From positions 626,790-690,789 of the forward strand of contig LSRY02000049.1 in assembly GCA_001643675.2 (NCBI GenBank): a DNA stretch of 64,000 nt, in the 5' to 3' direction. The stretch comes from Monocercomonoides exilis PA203. Its lineage: Eukaryota; Protista; Preaxostyla. The first letter of the stretch is position 1; every line of letters starts with the position of its first letter. Below the pieces are notes generated by a model. The model had not been told where the DNA came from, searched no databases, and was given only the letters and a program-made list of their open reading frames with translations. Shown one piece after another: positions 39,190-51,500 of the stretch. The position numbers and the translations under genes are program-made.

Positions 39190-42100
39190 ATTTATTAAAT
39201 TTATTATTTATTTAAATATTAATGTCTTTCTCGTAAAATTTGCGATTAATTTTGGATGCCAAAATGAATTATTATAGATCTCTTGGTGCGTAACATTTTA
39301 CAAACAGTTTTTTAAAGTCAGCAAATGAATGCCGCTTTGCTCTCAACCTTGTTTTGATCGTATTTCTATTAAGTGATAATTTATTATTCATTAATTTGTG
39401 TTTTCGTCTATGTGACTTTTCAGAAATCATATCATGAATTATTTTTTATTTTTTATTTACATATTCCTTTTCTTGTGTTTTGTTTAATGTTCTTGTATTA
39501 TTTTAGTCTCAATCATTTTTACCAAAACCATTATAAACAAGTTATCCAGAAATTTGTGTATACTCTATTTTTGCTGGTAAACAGCTTTTGTTAAAAAAAA
39601 TTTTTTTTTTACCTCGACAAACATATCTTTGAAAAAAAAACGATCAAGCTCTCCCTTTACATTTTGTTTCATTGAGTGAAATAATAATTATTGTGTTTTT
39701 CTTGATATGACATCAATTGAAACACAGTCAGTTGCTGCTTCTGTTGCAAATTCAGTTGCAAGCGTTGACGGATCATTTGTGTACCCAAGATTTCGAAATG
39801 TGGACCAATTGTTAGATTTTTTATTATTTTTTAATTTTCATTAAAATCATGGAAATTTAAGCCTTTTTTCTGTATTCCATCCATTCACAATGGTATGATA
39901 TATTATTTCTAAACATTATATTTTTTGTTATTGTTTCATAATGGACAATTTTTTTAAAACAGAAGCGAATCTCTCCGACTTTGAAAGAAGCATGGATAAT
40001 AATTATAATTCAGGCTATTCAATTTATGTTTGTTCCGTTACGGAGATTTGATGGAACCCTTCTCGGATTGGAGAAGATTAGCCAAGTTATTGGGTTTATT
40101 TTTTTCCTAATTATTTCTGCTTTTTCAAAGTTTAACTGTAAATATCCCGTTTTTTATAATTTGTTGCTTTTTATCATTCTTCTCCATGCCTTTTTATACC
40201 CCCGAATTTGAACTGAAACCATCTTTAATGCTCTGAATTGATCAAACATTTTTTAAACATTTTCTCTGTGAAATAAAATTTTTATCGATAACGCAGACTG
40301 TATTTAGATCCATCGTTTTATTCTCCTTCAGAGATTTCGTACGCTGTAATTTTGTGTCTGAGCTGCATGCTGATTGTTGTTTGTGGCTTACTTGCATGGG
40401 TTGTCGTTGTGCTATTGCGAAGAGAAATCCCGATGGGAGCATTTGTGCTCATGATGCCGAAGATTTTGGGATTTGTGCTGGTGCATTTAGGCACAATTCC
40501 AATTACGGTTTTGCTGGCGAAACCTTTTGGATGCCTTGTTGCTGGGGTTTCAGAAAGGGAAAAGATGAGTTCATGCTCTTCTTCTTATTACGGAGTTATA
40601 GTGGGAGCAATTTTTGTAGTGGTTCATGTAATAGCCAATGCGATGTACGAGTTTTTTATTTTTGAGCCATCGCTAAGACGGGGGAGGTATCTGTGCATGC
40701 GAAAGGGAGTATTTGCAGCTGGATCAAAGCTTTTAACAATTGTCTGCGTCGGCGGAGCAACTGTGGCGATTGGATTAGCACCAATAGTGTCGGGTGTGGT
40801 AATGGTTGCGCATCACTGCTTGCTTGGATTCTTTGTTTGGTGAATGTTGCCGTTTTCACGTGCAGAAGTGAATGGACTGCGAGCAGGGCTGTATGGGTTC
40901 TGTGGAGGAGCAGGAGTTGTGACACTGTGTGTCCCTCTATTTGAGACATGGGCCGAACACAAAGTGTTGGCTACAGGGAAAGCAGGAAGCTGCTGGAGTG
41001 TTACGCTTTTGTTCTGGATTTTGGAGTTTGTAGTCGGAGGTTTGTGCGGATTTGGCCTTGGAATGGCCACAATAGCACGACACAAGAGCAAATGGATTCT
41101 TCACCCAATCGTGATGAAAGGCGCTGAAGCTTCTGATGGTAACGAAGATACAATTTCATTCAAAGCTGACGCATTACTGAAGCTAAAAGCAGGCAATCTT
41201 AAGAATTCTGAGAGAAAGAAAAGAAGAGATAAGCCGAACGGATATTTTGTAAAAGCTGGAACAATCTCATTTGAAAGTGCCCTGGGTGCTTATGTTCCAC
41301 AGACTGCAACACAAATGGCAATGTTGGGAAATGGTGTTAGTGGATCCGGAAATGGAAGCTGCAATAACGGAGTGAGGGTTGTCGGAATGAACGATAGTGC
41401 ATACGGAAACTATGGAACAACCTCGCCGTTGCCGTCAATTGGCCACGGAGAGTACGGCATGCGCTCAGGAATGAGCTCAAACAGCATTGCTCACCTTCGA
41501 CAAGGATCGGTTAAGCAGATCGTTCCGCAGCGTGTTCCTTCGTCGAAGTTTGCACCAGCTGCACCGACTTTGATGAACGAGATCGATTCAAACGAACAGC
41601 ACACTTTGCATGTTGCATCTGCAACTCCATTGAATATGCAATCAAGTTTTCGAGTTGGCAGTTCAGAACCTGGATCATACGCACGTCCTGTTAACGGAAT
41701 CAATGGCTCAACTTCACCCTTTTCGTTGGGATCAATTTCTCCAATGCCAACTTCTTTTTCATCATCGTCATCTTCTTCTTCGTCATCATCATCGTCTTTT
41801 TCGTCTTTATCTTGCCCTCCAGCAACATCTCCTTCTTATCCTTCAAACATTTCAAATGGAATGCCACAGGTGTTTTCACAGCCTGGTGTGGTAGCTCCTG
41901 CTGGATCCATTGGAGGCAAAGCAGGGGTCACAGAGCTAAGAGTACAGGTTGGAAGCGACGAGAGCCAGCTCGGACAAAATAGTGTGCGATTGCTTGCAGA
42001 AGAGGAAGCTATTATCAAAGCAGTACTGAAAGGGACAATAACAGCTGATGATTTATGGGTGTCACTAGGATTCCTTTCTGTTCCGGAGATGGCTCACGAT

Positions 42101-45100
42101 CCAGCTGTGGTTCAGTTCTGCGGAGATTTGCTGAAGGCTGCGCGGAAGAAGATGCGGCTTGCATCTGCTGGGCTTAATGTGACAACAGCTATCTTCCAAC
42201 TGGAGTTTTCTCATTCTGTGCAAATGGCAATACGCCTGCTTGGTGCTGCTGACAATCTATTTCCTGGGTGGAGCAACCGCTGGCTTATTTTCTCAAAGAT
42301 GAAGGAGGTGGACATGATGCTTGCCAAAAAGAACAGCAAAAGCGGGAGCGGAGCAAGCGAATGGCTGGGAACTGTTGGAGCCCGGAGCTGTAGCGCTGAT
42401 GAGACAAATTCTGTTGAAAGCGAACTTGGAATAGGCCCAGAGCTAGGCACATCGAAATTTATGACAGAGCACACAATACGTGTTCAAATGAACCAGGCAG
42501 ACAAAGAAGCAGAGCTTGCACGAGCTCATCTCCTGCGAATGTGGACTCTGCTGACACGAGAGGTGGTGGATGTGGAGAAAGTGACACTCCATGCTGAAAA
42601 AGGAATGGAGAGTGCGAAGGCCGCGCAGGAAGGATATACAACACTTATGGAGATGAAGAGCGATAACACTGAAGCAATGCGAAAGCTTGCCGTGCTGATG
42701 AGAGATGTGCTTGGAGACGAAGAAATCGCAACAGAACTGTTTGAAGAAGCCGACGAGATTGAAGACGACAATTCAATGTATTCAATGTTTTTGACAGACT
42801 CTAATCTTCTCAGCGAAGAGAGTCGCGAGTTACGTGGTACTGACTCAGCCGTGTATGCACAACAAGTGCATTCTCCATATTCCACACCACCGCCTCTGTC
42901 AGCAGTTGGTTCAATGAGCAGCAACTTCTCTTCCACCCCAGCAACTCCACCACACGCACAGGGAAATCGTTTAACTGAATCTGAGATGTCTGATGAAAAC
43001 AGTGAGATTCTTAAAGAAAGGCAGAAGCAACGGGCACAGCGCAGACAGACGCACATGAAAAAGAAGAAGCATAAGACTGACTCAGCACTCGAAACTGCGT
43101 TGAAAATAAAGAAGAAAACAGCACTCCAAGCGCTTTTCCCAATCATCGTTAGCGGATTGATTTTTGTGATCTCCTTGATTGTAGCTGCGTTCGTGGTTCT
43201 TCTTGCGAAGTATGGAGACTCTTTGGATCAGTTCGCAGATGAAAGATTGGCAATTTCTGTCACAATGGAGACTAATCAACTGTTTGAGTTTTCTGAGCAC
43301 ATGTTGACTTTGCACAGAATTAACGTGAGCAATCCTGAGGAGGTTGAAACGATAAAGGAATTGCTGCGTGAGGATCATGAAATGACAAAATCGCTAATTA
43401 ATTCAATAATTTCTCAAGAAGATCTTTTCGCAAAAAGATCTTACACTTTCATCGATTGGAAGGAGCTATCAACGTTGTGGTTCGAGCCAGTGGTGGGAGC
43501 CAATCATATTATCAGAAACATAGATGAGAAGAGAACTAATATTTTGTCTCTATTTACCTGGGCACACGACACTGTCGCAGAACTTTTAGAAGTGTCAACA
43601 AAGAGGCTGAACAACATAGAATATTCTTCTTCGTCGTCTAATGATGCAAACGAGAGCTGGGAGCTTCAACCTGGATCCGATATCGGAGAGTTTCTATCGT
43701 TCGCAGGAGCTGAGATAACATTCAACACGCCTATTGGAGTAAGTGAGGAAATGAAGCATATTCTTTATCTGTACAGCAACAACATCAACAAGATGCAGGT
43801 TGATGGAGTGATTACACAATCCATACTGTTTTTGGTTATTCTTGTCTCTCTTTTCTGGGCAACTACCTTGCCAATGATCATAGCTATGCGCTACATCGCA
43901 AAGAAGCGCATGGGCCAAATGCATATCCTTTGTAATATCCCGCCAGACAAGGCAAACGAAATGATCCTTCGTCTAACCACAAAACACACCAAAAGCAAGC
44001 AACTTTCAGAGCAGTTAGATGCAACATCTTCAACAACGGTATCTGAAAAGGTTAAAAATGGGAGCAAGAAAAGTGCGACAAGCGAAAGTGACGATTCCGA
44101 AAAGGCAATTGACCTTCTCAACGAAGATAGACAATCACTTGAAGAGATCAAAGAGGAGAATGAGAACACTGAATATGGAAGCAAAAGAGATAAAACTGAT
44201 GATGTAGACCTCTCTGATCAAGATGACCAAAGTGATTCAAGCAGATATGGAAGCAGTGCCAGTGCGAGCGGCACTGGAAGTAGAAGTGGAAGTGATAACC
44301 GCAGCGGAAGTTCAAGCGATACGGATTCATCAGAGAATTACAGTAGACACGAGAAAAGTGATATGGAAAGTAGCTCTTCAGTTGAAAAGCATACAAAAAA
44401 AAGAGGAAAGCATAACAGAAATCGAAACAAAAAGTCCAAAAATGAAAGAAGAAAAGAAGAAAAAAAGAAGAGATTGGAGGAAGAAATTGAAGAAGAAGAC
44501 GAAGAAGCGAAAGAGGCTTTAGAGAAGCAGATGGCTCAAAGATCAGCAGATATTGATGAGAAGCTAAAGAAGAGGCTGATTGTGGTGCCATTTTCACTTC
44601 GCATACGTCTTATCATTGGAATTGCATTGATGATGATACTCTGTGGAGGAATGTCAATAACTGGTGTGATCGGGTTTATGGCACTGAGGATGAAGTTTGG
44701 GCAGGCTATCACCTCTTCTCAGCGCCGTGTTGTGATGATGCAAACAGCAGCTGTGTCTGGGATGCTGCTTTCAGGAGGCACACACACTGTTCCTGATACC
44801 GTTTCTGCTAATGCCGTGTTTTTGGACAAGTGGAGTTCACATGTATTCAACAACATTTCTTTTGCCAACTCGAGAGATTCTCTGCGAGAGACATTAAAAA
44901 GGCTTTCACAGCTGATGATAACTCTGTCAGCAAGGTTGCTGAGCGGGAGCGATGCGGGGTACAACACAGGTGATTCACAATTAGATTCCGTAGAATCTCA
45001 GAGGCTTCAGGGAAAAGATGAGATGCTGAGTGAGCTTATGACAAAACCTGCATATTGTCTGATGGAAGACAAACAAATGTGTGATGCGAAGGTAAGCATC

Positions 45101-46096
45101 CGACTTCCTGGCGTTGTGGTGCCTTTCAATGGGATGAACGAACTTCTTACACGCTATTCGGCTGCAGTTGATGCGCTAGTGGGTGCAAAGGATGAAGAGC
45201 TGATTCTTAGCAATATTAACTTTCAGTACATCCGTCAGACTACATTGTATGATTTGAACGGCGGAATGAAGCAGATTGAAGATCATATCACTGAAAATAT
45301 AAACTCAACGTGTCAATCGTACATCACAGCAATTTATGTATTATTCGCAATTGTTGTAGTTGTACTGATACTTATATCGTTCAGTTACTTTATCCCGGCT
45401 CATCATACACTGAAGCAAATGGGAGAATTATCTGCCATGTTGGATGAGATATGCCGCGAAAACACAACAGGTGCGGTTGAGTGGAACGAGGAAATGACAA
45501 CTCTGGTTCCTTGCGTTGATGCTGGAAACAAGGAAATTTTAGAAGCCCTAAGCACAGTAATGGCGGCAGGGGTGGAGTCGCTGAATGCAAATACCGAGAA
45601 AGGGAAAGGAGCGCTTCAAATGAAGGTCAAAAAGAAAGCGTTTGATGCTGCAGACAGGCAGCAGAGGAGAGAGAGATCAACAGCCTTCTTGTTCAAAATA
45701 GCACTGAACGAGTTTTGTGCAGAGGAAATGCTGATGGAAGAAGCAAAATGCCCGAAGCACATGATTCATGAGCATCAGGCAGCACATGCACAGATGTTGA
45801 GGAAGTTACTGGAGTTTGACAGCCAGTTTTTGAAAGAACCTTTGCAGTTGTCTCTTGGTGATGTGACAAGATTCTGTTCAGGCTGGATCATTCCACACAT
45901 CAAAACACTTGATGCAGAACTTGCACCATTTTTGCTTCGAAACCTTCCTGCTGATGCACTTCAAGCGCCTACAGAAATGAGTATGATGGACCCTGAGCAT
46001 GCACCGATTGGTGTCTGGATGCGGAGTGACAAGGCAACATTTGTTGAGCGACACCAGTTTGAATCTATGAAGAAAAGGATCAATTGCATTTCCTAA
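38089..46096 (+). CDS. TmcB-like multipass membrane protein with a C-terminal hemerythrin-like domain (multi-exon; 5' end uncertain, possibly ~37500)
   Basis: N-terminal TM cluster, TPR-like segment AQEGYTTLMEMKSDNTEAMRKLAVLMRDVLGDEEIATELFEEAD, paired TM/extracellular domains, and C-terminal WNEEM...EEMLM...HEHQAAH...WIIPHIKTLD; in-frame TGA at 40841. Confidence 0.7.
39160..39188. repeat. (ATT)n microsatellite in an intron
   Basis: About 9-10 copies; produces the spurious poly-Tyr at the end of ORF 38089-39189. Confidence 0.85.
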
Positions 46097-47658
46097 GCGC
46101 ACGACCTTTAACTCTGAATATTCATTCATATTTTTTTGTATGTTCATTTCTTATAATTTACATAAATTTCTGTATATTAATCACAAATTACTAATGTTTC
46201 AATTTTGTCTTGCGAGAACTAACTTGATTTGTGCAATTTGTGCTTCAACAGTTTATGTACTTATTTTTCTTTTCTTTAATTTATAACATCACTTCAAATT
46301 GATTTATTTTTATTACAGTTTGATTTATAAGCTTCACTTAAAGATTAGTTGAAAAGTGAATTTTCTTTTCATTTTGATAATTTGTATATAATCTTTTTTT
46401 GATTGTTTCCATTCATCATTTTTCCCAATATGGCTTATTCGTTTTACAAAAATGCAGTTTTTATTGTTTTTTGTACAATTTTTATTGTTGTATATCTTTT
46501 CTTTCTTTCTTTCTTTTTATTTCAATAAAAATTTTCATAAATGTTTATGCATAATTTGAGCACTTCATTCTCAGTTTTTCATTTCATTTATATCAATTGA
46601 CGTTTTAAATTTTGTTCTTTTTCTTCTGGTAAAATGAAGGTGTAAACGTATGATTACTTTCCAAAAAACAAGGCATAATAATTATTATAGAACAACCATT
46701 CAATGATAGCGTTGATAATCGTTGAGCAACATTTTGCGGAATGTGATTCGAGAATGAAAAGAGCTGGTTATTTTTTGGGAAACCGATAAATTTTTAGGGA
46801 ATTTATTTTTCTGAATCATATGGGGGAAAATACAGACTATCAAACCTTTTATACACAAAGCACGTGAAAATTGTTTCACTTATGACATTATTTAACGTTA
46901 TCAGATTTCAAAATGAATTGGATATTCATTTCAGTATTCAATCTTCATTGATATAATTAAAAAATGTTTTGTGACATCACATGTATTTCAAAAAAGGAAC
47001 ACAATTTATTCAAAATTTAAATCATTATAAGTTTTTCAAAGTGTCATAATTTTTCAATGAAAAAGCAAGAAGTTAAATATATATCCCATATATTTATTAA
47101 ACAATTTTTGATAAACAATAATTAGAAAATTTCATATTCCAACAAAATACAAGTTCATATCTCTGAATCCAATTCTTGTGTAATGTTCTCCATATCTTTT
47201 TCAATTTGAGTCCAAAAGAAATCTTTGATATCATGAATTTTTTCATTGTTCCCCTTCTTTATTTTTTTTTTCTCATCTGCAATTGTTAACTGTCATTGAG
47301 TGTGCAAAAAATTCGGACAAGATCGATTTTTCAGTAACAGTTAAAAAAATAATACTGATAATTTTTCTGGAAAAAAATTTTTCAATGTTAACTCATTTGA
47401 CATTTCAGACCATAATTTTCATGAAAATTGTCGATTGAAAAAATAATAAAATCACAGAAAAACTCAAATTCCTGTTTCTCTGATTAATTAATTATTTTGT
47501 TTGATAATATTCAGTCGACTCAAAAATGATAGTCTGCAAAGTCAAAAGAGTTTGTGTAGATAAGATACGTTTGGGAGAAAATTATTATTATTTCATTTCT
47601 TGTAGTAATTGAAAAAATGAGCTTGTCCAGGATTTTTGCACAATCCTCTGATGAAGTC

Positions 47659-47694
<36 letters not shown>

Positions 47695-48563
47695 CTCGTG
47701 ATTATTTCCTGTTTTGATTTTATATAATGAAGAATTAATTGAATTTTCATATTGAACTTTTCAATTTCAGCAAATATAGAATTCTAAAATAAATAAAAAC
47801 GAAATCTTTGATTTTATTTCGTTTTAAAAATACATGTCACAAATTATTTCCTGTAATGAAAGCTATTAACCATGCCAGTCGTCACATCACTTGAAGCCTT
47901 TCCCATTCTTTCATAAATAGAATACTATCCAAACTGACAATGATTCAAACATCATTTTCGACTTCAAAATTGTTTTTAATAAATCACTTTTTTCACTTCA
48001 AATATCCAAGTCATCATTTCACTTTATCCCATCTTTCATTTTTGTTCTTCTCCACATACACTCATCAATTTCAAATGTTTTTCATCAACATTCTTTCTTT
48101 TGAAAAATCATAGGTGAAAAGATTATGAATTCAATGCAAAAAACTATACAGCGTTCAGCTCCTTTTGAAAGATTTTCTATTTTTTTTAATATTAGAGTTT
48201 CCTTGGATGATAACATCATAAAAACAATTATTCTAAATATCTCGCTAAACAGTTTAACTTATTCATTTATTTAAATTTATTTTGGAAAAACAAAAGGTGA
48301 TATGGTGTAAAATTCTTGCATTTATTAAAAAACCAACTATTTGTACCAAACTTTTTCCTCAACCTTATCATGATAAGTCTTTCATCCTCCTATCAATAAA
48401 TGAAGGAAAAATTATGTTAATGATAAAAATATTTGTTAGTGTGGAATGGAACAAAAATCATAAAACGAAAAATTTTGTCACATGTTAAAAATCAATTCAT
48501 CAAATGCGTATTATGCAAACAGATCAAATAAAACATATTTCAAAAGTGGAAGCAAATTAGCCA

Positions 48564-51500
48564 ATGATCACATTTTGCCTTGTTGTCCAAATTGGCTTTG
48601 TCTTTTCGGAACAAACAAAACACCTCAACTTGTTTCTTTCTCAGAATGAAAATGGAAGTGATAGGGCATTTGGAATTGGAGTGATGCAATGCCAAAAAGG
48701 CAACAGACAATTTCCACTGTCCGAAAGCAACCGATCCCGCATCCAATCCAACAGCCGCACTTTCCCTCCAAACACTCACCAGGTCATTTTTGAGTCAATC
48801 AATTCCACTCTCTGTTTGAGGGATGTGCAAGTTTCGGCGATTGAATACACACACATTGCCCAGCTTGATGAGCTCTCGATGTGTTCATTTTGTGCTTGTG
48901 TGATTGATGTTTTGCATTTGGATGTTCCTCTGTTCGATGTGAAGGGTGGGCTGGTGGAGATGAAGAACTGCTCGCTGCAGCCATTTGGCTTGGCACGTTG
49001 GCAGATGGGATCGCTGTGCTCGTGTGAAGAAGGAAGTTGCCTGTTTCTGGGTCGCACTTCATTTTCATCGTTTTGTGTGGCAGGCAGCAAGCCGCTGATT
49101 GGGTCGTGCAGATGCGAATGGGTGAGGCTTGACAACTGCCATTTCAGAAACATCACATGGGAAGGGAGGCGTGATGAGCAAGGGACAAGGAGAGAGGGTG
49201 GGGGCAAAAGCACAACTGCTTGTGGATGCAGTTTTGAAGAGGTGTGGAACCCGATCAATGGAGGCATTCTGGCAGACTTCAATGCTGGTGGCTCGACAAG
49301 TGTTTTCAACTCGACATTCTTCAGATGCAAACAGAAATACAGCGAAGGAAAAATGGAAAGGATCGAAGGTAATGACACAGTGAGTTTTGAAAATGTGGAA
49401 TGGAACACAATACAAACAGGTGAAAATGAAGGTGCTGTACTTGTGAAAAATGCAAATAATGTTTCAATCAAATCCTGTTTGTTTTATCAATGTTCTGGGT
49501 GGCACGGAGGAGGAGCCTACATTGCCTTCTGCTCCAATGCCAACATAGAACACACAAAATTCGAAAATTGTTCATCAAGTATATGGGGAGGAGGATTGTT
49601 TTTATATGTATTTCAATTAGATTCGACCGCAATTATATCAGGGTGCACATTCAAAAATTGTGAAGCAGGAGCAGGTGGAGGAGGAATAAGTTTGTGTAAA
49701 AACATTTCATCTTCTGATTTGAATAATTGTTGTTTTGATAACTGTACATCAACAAAAGCTGGAGGATTAATTGTTGGAGAAGATAACTATATAAAACTCA
49801 AAGAAATTGTATTTCGAAGATGCACCACTCAGTCGAATATTGGAGGTGGTGGCATATTATTGTATTATTACAAAAACAAATCATTGAATTGTTCGATTTT
49901 TGTTGAATTTTGTTTCTTTGAGAGCAATTCAGGAAACAATGGAGATTTGAGTGTGAGAGGATGCGATGTGTATGGGTCATCAGATTGGAATGGGTTTGTG
50001 AAAGAGGGAGACTTCAGATACTGTGTGTCTGTGAGTGAGGGAGCAGTGAAGCTGTATCTGTCAGATCTGGGAGACAAGAGCAAGTGGCTGGAGCCGTGCC
50101 ACAACCCGATTGTGGTGAGCAGCAGCACAGGGACAGACCATGTGACATGTGGGCATGAGAGGGATGAAGGGTCATATGCGAAGTGCAGGACAATAGGGTT
50201 CACGATTGGGGTGGTGAGAGGAGACGGCGAGACAGTGGGGAATGTGTCTGTCGAAGAAGGGGAGTATTATGAGGAGGGGATGAGGATCGAAGGGAAGAGG
50301 CTGAGGATTGGGAGTGTGTCAGCAGAGAGGAAAGGAGTGGTGCACACGAGGGACTGCAGGGGGTGGCTGTTCTGGGTTGGGGATGGGTGGCTGGGGCTGC
50401 TGGATCTGGCGATTGTGCATGATGGGGCAGAGGGGTCGAGCAGTGGAGTGTGCTGTGTGAGCGGGGCCAGTGGGCAGCTGGAAGTGAGTGGATGCGAGAT
50501 CAGTGGGGGAGTGGCAGGAAGAGTGGCGAAGGAGTGTGTGATGGAGATCTCGGAAGGGGAGGCGGTGCTGAGGAACAGCTCGATGAGAGATCTGCAGATG
50601 GACGGGAAATGCGCAGTGTGGGTGAACCGTGCGAGGCAGATGAGGATGGAGGAGGTGAACATGACGTCGATGGGGAGGGTGTCAGGGAGCGGGGCGGTGG
50701 TGGAAGGGGTGCTGTCTGGGGGTGGGGAGATGGGTGTGTCGGGGGTTGTGGTGGAAGACTGCAGCGCCATGTGTGGGAATGGAGGCTGGATGAGTGTGGA
50801 GGTGGAGGAAGGGAGCAGACTTGTGGTTGGGGAGGGAGAAGCACCAACAAGGCTGACCAGATGCCGAGCAGAGAGAGGGGATGGGAGTGAGTGCGCAAAC
50901 ACTGGCACAGATGCAGGCACAGGGCGAGGAGGAGGGATCCACATGTGTGTGGCAGGCGTGAAGGCAGAATATGGGTTCAAGAATGTGGAGTTTGTGGGGA
51001 ATGAAGCAGCACATGGAAAGGATGTGTTTGTGGTGTCGCCGTTGCTGGGGGAGTGTGTGACGCGAGAGCGATTTGGATTCTTCAGTGTGGCGAATCCGTT
51101 TGGTGAGGAGTGTGCAGAAGGGGTTGACACGAGGTGGGGGTCGGTGGTGATCCCGCTGGTGTATTATCTGAAGGAGCGAGAGGGGAAGGTGAGTGTGGGG
51201 AACAATGGGCATGATGTGCCGGCGTGTGGGTTTTACGAGTATGAGTGCCTGAGTGTGGGATACTCGAAGAGGCAGGCGAAGAGCAGGTGGGATGTGAGGG
51301 TGAAAGGGCGATACGACTTTGTTGAGAGCGTGAGGGTTGCGCCAGGGGAGGAGCTGATGATTGGGGGAGTGGATGGTGAGGAGTGTGGGATGGTGATGAA
51401 AGGGGACGGGAGCGGGGACAATGGGATGGTTGAAGTGAGTGGGACAGGAGTGGTGGCGATGGTGGAGCTGGTGATGGAAGAGGGGCTGAAGGGGGACGAG

